Shown piece by piece: positions 9,155-15,577 of a stretch of DNA of 64,000 nucleotides; positions within the stretch are counted from its first letter, which is position 1, and each line of letters begins with the position of its first letter. The stretch is from positions 8,538-72,537 of the forward strand of contig CACZZL010000008.1 in NCBI GenBank assembly GCA_902785605.1, in the 5' to 3' direction. A program made the position numbers and the translations under genes. Source of the DNA: an uncultured Bacteroidales bacterium. Lineage in GTDB: Bacteria; Bacteroidota; Bacteroidia; Bacteroidales; Paludibacteraceae. The notes under the pieces are model-generated. The model ran no database searches, was not told the DNA's origin, and saw nothing but the letters and a program-made list of their open reading frames with translations.

Positions 9155-9862
9155 TTATCGTCTGCGTCCTCCCATAAAAATTAGTACGTAGTAGAGCAGT
9201 GTGGCTAAGGAGCTGAGTGCTGCCACCACATAAGTGTATGCTGCGCTGTGCAGTGCGTCACTGGCCATCTTGGTTGTGTCGCGGTCGGTGATACCTGCTT
9301 CCTGTAACCAGTTGACCGCGCGTTGGCTGGCGTTCACTTCTACCGGCAGGGTGATGAACGAGAACAGCGTTGTCATAGCGAACAGGCCTATTCCGATGAG
9401 CATCAGTTGCGGAAAGGCGTTGATGGTCAGCATACCGATCAGCAAGATCCACATGACCCATTTGCTGGCGAACGATACGACCGGAACCAATGCCGAGCGC
9501 ATCTTAAGCGGTGCATAGGCTTCCTGGTGTTGTACGGCATGTCCGCACTCGTGTGCTGCTACCGCTGCGGCTGCTACGTTCGCACCGTTATAGACGGCTT
9601 CTGACAAATTGACAGTCTTTGTGGTCGGGTTATAGTGGTCGGTCAGTTGTCCGCTGATGGATGTCACCTTCACATCGTAGATGTCATTGTCTCGCAACAT
9701 TTTCTCTGCCACCTCGCGTCCTGTCAGTTTGAGCGGCTGTTGGGAGTATTTCTTGAACTTACGCTCCAACGCAGCCGATACTGCCCAACTGGCGATAGCT
9801 ATACCGATAAAAATGATCCAGTATATAGCGGTCGGTGATAATACGATTTGTCCTTCTTCCAT
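9155..9862 (-). CDS. membrane zinc metallopeptidase (YpfJ / Zn_peptidase_2-like)
   Basis: HECGHAVQH zinc motif. One N-terminal and several C-terminal hydrophobic segments. Confidence 0.75.
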   Translation of the reverse strand: MEEGQIVLSPTAIYWIIFIGIAIASWAVSAALERKFKKYSQQPLKLTGREVAEKMLRDNDIYDVKVTSISGQLTDHYNPTTKTVNLSEAVYNGANVAAAAVAAHECGHAVQHQEAYAPLKMRSALVPVVSFASKWVMWILLIGMLTINAFPQLMLIGIGLFAMTTLFSFITLPVEVNASQRAVNWLQEAGITDRDTTKMASDALHSAAYTYVVAALSSLATLLYYVLIFMGGRRR

Positions 9863-9866
9863 GTTG

Positions 9867-10322
9867 TCAGTCTTTTATTTTGCGGCATACCCGGCATTCA
9901 CCATACACGAACAGCGAGTATTGGCGCGGTGTGAAGTTGATAAATTTCCGTTCTTGTATCAACCGCACGATCGCTTGGTCTTGAAATTCTGTCACGCGTC
10001 CGCACTTGTCGCATATAAACTCCATGCGTACGGGGCTTGCGCTAATCAGTGCGTATCTCATGACTCCCTTGCCGCGTTGCCGTTCTACTGCATACAAAAT
10101 CTGTGCCATAGTGAACAGACGGAGACAATTATATACCGTTGCTGTTGATATGCGTTCGCTTAAGCAGGCCTCTTCCAGTTGCGCGGCTGTGAACGGTTGG
10201 GGCAGTTGACAGGCTCGCTCCAACACCATGTTCCGTACTCTGGACGGACGCATGTTGTGTGTCCGTAAGTATGCGCGCAAACGATCTGACGCGAGTTTAT
10301 ATGTTCGCTGCGGTACAGGCAT
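9867..10322 (-). CDS. fur: Fur-family transcriptional regulator
   Basis: Winged-helix text (RVRNMVLERACQLPQPFTAAQLEE ... STATVYNCLRLF) plus CDKCG ... CRVC metal-site cysteines. Confidence 0.75.
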   Translation of the reverse strand: MPVPQRTYKLASDRLRAYLRTHNMRPSRVRNMVLERACQLPQPFTAAQLEEACLSERISTATVYNCLRLFTMAQILYAVERQRGKGVMRYALISASPVRMEFICDKCGRVTEFQDQAIVRLIQERKFINFTPRQYSLFVYGECRVCRKIKD

Positions 10323-10324
10323 GG

Positions 10325-11452
10325 TCAGATGGCTTTGATATACGCGCGGTGACGCTTGTGCACCTTGTGGTCAAACTGCGTGAAGTTGGCAATGTTCTTC
10401 GTGTTCGTCTCCAGGATATTGGTCGTCTCCATTCGTTTGATTCCGTATTGGTTGATGTACGGGATCCAGTCTTGGAAGAACAGAGCGTTCAGACCCTTGT
10501 CCTGATAGTCGGGGCGAACAGCAATGAGCAACATGTCAAACGCCTCCATCTTCTTCGCTTTCAGCGCCTTGAGCAGGTAATACCATCCTAACGGGAAGAG
10601 TTTTCCTCCGCATTTTCGCAAGGCTTCCGAGATGTCGGGCATACCCAAACCGACTGCCACGATCTCGTCCTTCTCGTTCACCACCACTGTCACGAAATCG
10701 AAGTTCAGCATCGGGAAATACATCTTCATGTAATACCGTTTCTGGGCTTCGGTCATCGGTTGGAAATTATACAGTTTCTGGTACGCTTCGTCGATCACGT
10801 CCATGTACTCGATGCCGTATTTCTTGACCAGTTCGCGCGAATTCTTTATTTTATCCACGCGCACGTGCGAACGCTCTTTGACGATGTTGGCGATGCGGTC
10901 CAGACGCTCCGGGCAAGCCTTGGGCGGATAGACCTGAATCTCAATCCAGTCTGCCTCTTTGGTCAAGCCGTACGCATCGATATGCTTCACGTAGTACGGG
11001 TAGTTGTACAGGCTGGCCATGGCCGGCAAGTAATCGTATCCCTCCAACAGCAGACCTTCGTGATCAAAGTCCGTGAACCCGACCGGTCCGTTCAGGCCGT
11101 CCATGCCACGTGCCTTACCCCAGGCAGCCACGGTGTCCAGCAGTGCCTTGCTCACCTCAAGATCATCGATGAAATCGAACCAACCGAAACGGACATGCTT
11201 GTAGTTCCATTTCTCATTGGCACGATGGTTGATGATGCCGGCGATACGTCCGACAGGTTTGCCGTCACGATAGGCCATCCATAACTGATAATCACACACT
11301 TCCAGCGCAGGGTTCTTCTCTGAGTTGAAGCAGTTCATCTCGTCGAAGAACAAGGGAGGACAGTAATACGGACAGTCCGCATACAAGTCATTAGCGAACT
11401 GAATGAATCGTTTCAGTTCTCTCTTCGTATGTATTTCTCGTATTTCTACCAT
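10325..11452 (-). CDS. GNAT-fold acyltransferase, uncharacterised
   Basis: ORF 10325..11527 has its first 25 codons running through tRNA-Ala. The real start is ATG 11452 (MVEIREIHTKRELKRFIQF). The C-terminal IAVRPDYQDKGLNALF resembles the GNAT acetyl-CoA loop. Confidence 0.55.
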   Translation of the reverse strand: MVEIREIHTKRELKRFIQFANDLYADCPYYCPPLFFDEMNCFNSEKNPALEVCDYQLWMAYRDGKPVGRIAGIINHRANEKWNYKHVRFGWFDFIDDLEVSKALLDTVAAWGKARGMDGLNGPVGFTDFDHEGLLLEGYDYLPAMASLYNYPYYVKHIDAYGLTKEADWIEIQVYPPKACPERLDRIANIVKERSHVRVDKIKNSRELVKKYGIEYMDVIDEAYQKLYNFQPMTEAQKRYYMKMYFPMLNFDFVTVVVNEKDEIVAVGLGMPDISEALRKCGGKLFPLGWYYLLKALKAKKMEAFDMLLIAVRPDYQDKGLNALFFQDWIPYINQYGIKRMETTNILETNTKNIANFTQFDHKVHKRHRAYIKAI

Positions 11453-11469
11453 GTGACTTACGCCTTTTG

Positions 11470-11542
11470 TGGAGCATAGGGGAGTCGAACCCCTGACCTC
11501 AACATTGCGAACGTTGCGCTCTACCAACTGAGCTAATACCCC
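11470..11542 (-). tRNA. tRNA-Ala (CGC)
   Basis: The reverse complement GGGGTATTAGCTCAGTTGGTAGAGCGCAACGTTCGCAATGTTGAGGTCAGGGGTTCGACTCCCCTATGCTCCA carries the G3:U70 alanine identity pair. The anticodon is CGC. Confidence 0.9.
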
Positions 11543-11543
11543 G

Positions 11544-11933
11544 TGGAGCTAACGGGAGTCGAACCCGTGTCCAAACAAGGAATACTTGTGCTTTCTACAC
11601 GCTTATCTTGGCTTTGATTTTCGTCCGTCGGCAAGACCCAAGCCACCAACCGCCGGCTTATCTGCTAAAGTTTCGGTATCGCATCGCAGCCTGCGATCCC
11701 TATTCTGTGAATTTCCGCACCGCTATATCCATTGAGCCCACAGACTCGGCTTGGAGCGATGTCTCGTTCAGACGCCTTGCATCCGAAAAAAGCTAATCTA
11801 CTGTACTTCGATTAGGCAGCGAGAGCATACTCATAGTTGCCAGTTATATTTTGAAGCGAGATTTACGAGCGTTGCATCATTGCTCGGCGTGCTTACACAA
11901 CCATTCTACCTGCTGTCAAAACCAAATAGCCCC
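11544..11933 (-). ncRNA. ssrA: tmRNA (SsrA)
   Basis: 5' end GGGGCTATTTGGTTTTGACAGCAGG. 3' tRNA-like end GGACACGGGTTCGACTCCCGTTAGCTCCA. The internal tag frame GGC AAC TAT GAG TAT GCT CTC GCT GCC TAA encodes GNYEYALAA, the Bacteroidota -YALAA type. Confidence 0.9.
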
Positions 11934-11951
11934 TTTTGTCAAAAAAGTGTG

Positions 11952-11983
11952 CAAAATTACTGCTTTTTTATGAAATATGCAAG
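11952..11983 (-). promoter_or_regulatory. sigma-A promoter of ssrA
   Basis: The minus strand reads CTTGCATATTTCATAAAAAAGCAGTAATTTTGCA. The -7 box ends about 18 nt before the mature 5' end. Confidence 0.7.
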
Positions 11984-12010
11984 AAAAAATGCAAAAAAAT
12001 GCAAAAATAT

Positions 12011-12042
12011 TTGCACGAATGCCAAAAATGTTGTACCTTTGC
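12011..12042 (+). promoter_or_regulatory. sigma-A promoter of rpsO
   Basis: TTG at 12011-12013 and TACCTTTG at 12034-12041. It leaves a leader of about 120 nt containing the hairpin GGCATTAATGCC. Confidence 0.65.
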
Positions 12043-12170
12043 ACGCTTTTTCTTAACGAAGTACGATTATTACTGCGTAATTTTCTGTTGAAAAAGGCAT
12101 TAATGCCACGAAGTCGTGATGGCATATCCGGCTTTGGTGGTGATTGTAAAACGTTAAAAACAAATCAGAA

Positions 12171-12440
12171 ATGTATTTAACTCCTGAAAAGAAAGCTGAG
12201 TTGTTCGCTAAGTACGGCAACGACGCAAAGAACACGGGTTCTGCTGAGAGCCAAATCGCATTGTTCACCTTCCGTATCAACCACCTGACCGAGCACCTGA
12301 AAGAGAACCGTAAGGACTTCGGTACAGAGCGCGCACTGACTACTCTGGTAGGTAAGCGTCGTCGTATGTTGGATTACCTGAAGGCAAAAGACATCGAGCG
12401 CTACCGCGCAATCATCAAAGAACTCGGTATCCGTAAGTAA
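12171..12440 (+). CDS. rpsO: 30S ribosomal protein S15
   Basis: 89 aa. MYLTPEKKAELFAKYG ... HLKENRKDFGTERALTTLVGKRRRMLDYL is typical uS15 text. Confidence 0.95.
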   Translation: MYLTPEKKAELFAKYGNDAKNTGSAESQIALFTFRINHLTEHLKENRKDFGTERALTTLVGKRRRMLDYLKAKDIERYRAIIKELGIRK

Positions 12441-12483
12441 GTTTCACGTTTTTTACGTAAACAACGAAATCTACGAAAACAAC

Positions 12484-12512
12484 AAAAAAACGTCCGATGG
12501 GACGTTTTTTTT
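12484..12512 (+). terminator. intrinsic terminator after rpsO
   Basis: AAAAAAACGTCCGATGGGACGTTTTTTTT. The stem is CGTCC/GGACG with a GATG loop and a T8 run. Confidence 0.85.
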
Positions 12513-12789
12513 GCATATGGCATTTTGATGTATAATTTACTCCAACCCTGCTTCCCGCCGCATTCCTCGAAGGATCTCGGTGTACATCCATCCGTAGAAA
12601 TGCTTGTAGCACGTGCTTCCTTTCGGGATCGTTGACATAATTTTCGGACTAAAAGCGGTATTATGTAAGTATAAAGTAATGGGTATCCTAGACTTTACCC
12701 CTTATCTTCTACTACTCTCACCGTAACCTCATCCTTCCTATCCCTAAAACATCGTCCATTAGGTCGGATGTCATCCGACAATATTTCAC

Positions 12790-12884
12790 GTGGCACTTTG
12801 GCACTTTGACACTTTCCTTTATAAACAACTACATATCAATTATTTACAAATATTCCGGAAAGTGCCAAAGTGTCAAAGTGTCAT
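12790..12884. repeat. imperfect inverted pair of 8-nt tandem micro-repeats
   Basis: GTGGCACTTTGGCACTTTGACACTTTCC (12790-12817) faces GGAAAGTGCCAAAGTGTCAAAGTGTCA (12858-12884). The DUF3987 stop codon (12881-12883) lies in the second arm. Confidence 0.8.
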
Positions 12885-14173
12885 CCTACTTTTTTATAAT
12901 TGCCGTGATTTAACTTTATAACCATCCCGTTTTCCTGCCAGCTGTCATTCCAACGGATAGCACTTCTGCGTGAAACACCTTGACTTTTCGCCTCGTTGAT
13001 CAGTTCTTGAAGTTTATACTCTGCCTTCAGTTGTTCAAACAGTACTTTCCGTTGATCCAAAGGCTTAATCTCCGGCACGCACTCTTGCGCCTCTCCATCT
13101 ATCATCTGGTAAGCCGTCGCTATGTGCAGCAACATCTTATTCCCGATAATCTCCGCGGTCTCATAATCCTCATCCGTACAAAGAATGACTTTGTACATTG
13201 CGTCCGGAGTGTATCCGTACATCCCCTCTTCGTTGGCTGCTCGTCGCGTCAGCGTCGAGTCTCCCCTCATCGCTGTTAATATCATCGCAATACGCTCTAT
13301 TTGTACCGCCATTCGTATTACCGCCGAGTGAAAGTTGTCGCCTAATAATCCGATGAGCGTCCCGTATTCCGTCTCTAAATGTGCGCCAAGACGGACTTTC
13401 TGGTCGTCGGTGAGAGACCATTCGCGCTCACCCGCATTCAATAACTGTTCGTACACGCGCAAGAGATGACGACCGACTTGTTTGGGGATAAAAGACTGCG
13501 CACCTTTGGACGAGACATAGGCCTTGTTGAACGGGTGGGTTCCGCGGATGACCATGGTCATCAGACGCGAGAAATAGCCGTTCTCAACACCCGGAACCAA
13601 CGTACGGTATTGGCTGAACGTGCCGGTAAGGAGCATTGATAGCCGAGGAGACGGTATCTCCGACGCACCCCGGACACGGTTACGGCTAATCGCCTCATGC
13701 TCCGCCGCTTTGCGGAGCGCCGTGTTGTAGTTAGCCGCGGAGTTACGCCAGATGTCGGTGATAACCGAACCTTCAGACTCATGCATGTAGCCGCAACCGT
13801 TCTGCTCTTTGAGCGCCTTGAAGAAAGCCGGCAAGGTACTATCGCCTGCAATCAACATCGGATACTGCTCATCGATGACGCGTACCATCTCAAGGGCTTG
13901 GTTCGCGATGCCTTTGCCCGAAGCCGCAGCAGCTAAGATGAAACATTGCAGGTTCGCGTAGTACTTCTTACCCGTCGGACCGTAGTGAAAATACAGATTC
14001 GGCACGCAGGCAGAGGCGGCTGTGAGCGTCGCCATCAGCAGCATGTCCTGTTCTTCGGGCGTAGTAGCCAAAGACAGCATTTGTTGTAAACTCTCAGGAA
14101 GTTTTTGCATGTCGAGATGCTCAACGATGCGGAGGTTCTCCTGTTCCTCCGAAAAAGAATGAATTCTTTCCAT
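12881..14173 (-). CDS. DUF3987-like protein (typical of Bacteroidales integrative/mobilisable elements)
   Basis: 430 aa. The text MLLMATLTAASACVPNLYFHYGPTGKKYYANLQCFILAAAASGKGIANQ resembles the DUF3987 family as I remember it. This is a memory-based call. Confidence 0.55.
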   Translation of the reverse strand: MERIHSFSEEQENLRIVEHLDMQKLPESLQQMLSLATTPEEQDMLLMATLTAASACVPNLYFHYGPTGKKYYANLQCFILAAAASGKGIANQALEMVRVIDEQYPMLIAGDSTLPAFFKALKEQNGCGYMHESEGSVITDIWRNSAANYNTALRKAAEHEAISRNRVRGASEIPSPRLSMLLTGTFSQYRTLVPGVENGYFSRLMTMVIRGTHPFNKAYVSSKGAQSFIPKQVGRHLLRVYEQLLNAGEREWSLTDDQKVRLGAHLETEYGTLIGLLGDNFHSAVIRMAVQIERIAMILTAMRGDSTLTRRAANEEGMYGYTPDAMYKVILCTDEDYETAEIIGNKMLLHIATAYQMIDGEAQECVPEIKPLDQRKVLFEQLKAEYKLQELINEAKSQGVSRRSAIRWNDSWQENGMVIKLNHGNYKKVG

Positions 14174-14501
14174 AATGTAAAAAGGTTTATTTGGTTATTT
14201 AATGAGGGAAATAATCCGGTGGATTAGTAAATGTACTCCCTCTATATATTATAAGAAAAAGTCAAGCTATGCCCGAAAACGCACATTTCCAATTTAAAAA
14301 AACGCGACAATTAGACGCCTATTTCGACGCTGACAATCAGCATGTTACAAAAAGCTATGGAAATACTGTCGCATTTTTTATCTCACGCAAAATGTAGGTC
14401 TTCGTTTTCCGATTCCGACGACAAAGATACGATAAACATTTTGTGTTTTCCAAATTTTTTGACAAGAAAATGCAATTTTACGTTGTTTTTTATCAAAATC
14501 C

Positions 14502-14533
14502 TTGTATATTCCAAATATTTGTTGTAATTTTGC
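14502..14533 (+). promoter_or_regulatory. sigma-A promoter of the KilA-N remnant
   Basis: TTG at 14502-14504 and TAATTTTG at 14525-14532. Confidence 0.6.
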
Positions 14534-14549
14534 AACGCAAAATCATTTT

Positions 14550-14989
14550 ATGGCAAAGCAAAAAGAAATAATCGTCAAGGACACAACTATCCGCTCGTTT
14601 TCGCAGAACGGGTGGGACTATATTTGTATCACGGATATTGCAAGGCAGAAGAATGCCCTTGAACCGAAAGATGTTGTAAAGAATTGGATGCGGCTCAAAA
14701 ATACGATTGAGTATCTTGGTATGTGGGAGGCATTGAATAACCCGCAGTTCAAAGGGGTCGAATTCGATCCCCTTTTGCGAGAGGCTGGTAGTAATGCCTT
14801 CACTTTGATATCCGCGACTACGCGACGATTAACCAGTTGATTTGTTTGAGTAATATGGAGAACCTGAATGCAGTATTCATTAACGAAGGTCTGCCACAAG
14901 GAGAACGCCTCCAGAAACTCAACCAAATAGCGATCCAACAAATGACCGTGTTGGAGAATGTGGAAAGCAAGCATATATTGAAAGCATAA
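14550..14989 (+). pseudogene. KilA-N domain gene with internal deletion and frameshift
   Basis: Frame 1 (14550-14840) gives MAKQKEIIVKDTTIRSFSQNGWDYICITDIARQKN...NWMRLKNTIEYLGMWEALNNPQFKGVEFD...AGSNAFTL, then ISATTRRLTS and a stop. A different frame from about 14807 reads DIRDYATINQLICLSNMENLNAVFINEGLPQGERLQKLNQIAIQQMTVLENVESKHILKA and a stop at 14987-14989. That is the usual C-terminus of such proteins. The middle of the gene is missing. Confidence 0.65.
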
Positions 14990-15110
14990 AACAGAATCCG
15001 CTGGCACCGACAGCGTAAAAAAGCGGTGAAAAAAATTCCGAACGAAAAGTCATTTGTCTGTGCTAAACAGATAAAATTTCATTTTATTTTTCAAAAAAAT
15101 GCCCGAATGT

Positions 15111-15142
15111 TTGCATATGTGCAAAATTTGTAGTATCTTTGC
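15111..15142 (+). promoter_or_regulatory. sigma-A promoter upstream of the structured leader / LRR gene
   Basis: TTG at 15111-15113 and TATCTTTG at 15134-15141, within TTTGCATATGTGCAAAATTTGTAGTATCTTTGCA. Confidence 0.7.
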
Positions 15143-15149
15143 AGCGCAA

Positions 15150-15466
15150 AATGAATCGTGCCCCTGTGGCTAAGAAAGTTTTGCAGTATTTAGCCCACGC
15201 CGAGGGTATATGTCTTTCGGGTGGGGATAAATACAGGACATATTGAAAAAGGCGTCTTAAGCGCTTTGTTTTGGCTCTTCAGAATCTGGTAAATTCACAA
15301 ATTCCAAAACATTGCGACACAAGATGCCCATTGGTATGTAATTAATGTAGGCGCATACTGCGCGCATTTATACATACGGCGTGGGCTTCAGTGTTGTTGT
15401 TTGGAATTGAGGGCAATACCAGAGCCTTGAAGAGCGGAACAGCAAGATTGCAGTCCCGCTTTTTTA
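15150..15466 (+). ncRNA. candidate structured small RNA or 5' leader (about 315 nt, promoter to terminator)
   Basis: There is no ORF here. Complementary pairs: 11-nt perfect AGCCCACGCCG (15192-15202) with CGGCGTGGGCT (15377-15387); GCTCTTCA (15274-15281) with TGAAGAGC (15428-15435); CTGGT (15286-15290) with ACCAG (15418-15422); ATTCCAAAACA (15301-15311) with TGTTGTTTGGAAT (15394-15406). It ends in a hairpin plus T6. Confidence 0.35.
15433..15466 (+). terminator. terminator-like hairpin + T6 inside the LRR gene leader
   Basis: AGCGGAAC (15433-15440) pairs with GTCCCGCT (15453-15460) at 7 of 8 positions. TTTTTT follows at 15461-15466, 112 nt before the LRR start codon. Confidence 0.5.
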
Positions 15467-15577
15467 TTGTACCTATCGGGGCACATAGCATCTAATGCTG
15501 AAAACTATTCATGAAAAGAAATTATTATAATTAACCGAGGGGCAACCCTCACAGTATTAACTAAAACTCAAATTATT

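Larger units (their letters stand above)
12513..14989. mobile_element. degraded mobile-element remnant (no recombinase left)
   Basis: It contains a DUF3987-type gene and a broken KilA-N gene. A possible 33-codon IS5-like N-terminal fragment (minus strand, about 12534-12632) reads MSTIPKGSTCYKHFYGWMYTEILRGMRREAGLE. It lies beside ssrA and rpsO. Confidence 0.4.

Noticed and set aside
10325-11527. N-terminal extensions of track ORFs across RNA genes (10325..11527 through tRNA-Ala; 7721..9055 through tRNA-fMet; 23269..23520 through the T-arm-like element)
   Set aside because: The extra codons translate tRNA or tRNA-like sequence. In each case an in-frame ATG lies just past the RNA element (7760 and 11452 beyond the tRNA genes, 23463 beyond the T-arm-like element) and gives a family-typical N-terminus.
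12534-12632. IS5-family transposase fragment (minus strand, MSTIPKGSTCYKHFYGWMYTEILRGMRREAGLE)
   Set aside because: There are only about 33 codons, with a loose resemblance to the DUF4096-type N-terminus of IS5-like transposases. That is too short to call as a feature. It is mentioned only as supporting context for the debris region.
15150-15466. Known housekeeping ncRNA (RNase P RNA, 6S, SRP RNA) as the identity of the structured region
   Set aside because: I could not find the conserved RNase P motifs (GGAAAGTCCGGGC, ACAGAACCCGGCTTA) or an SRP-type GGAA/AGCA helix-8 core. Size and context fit a leader or sRNA better. The identity is left open rather than named.
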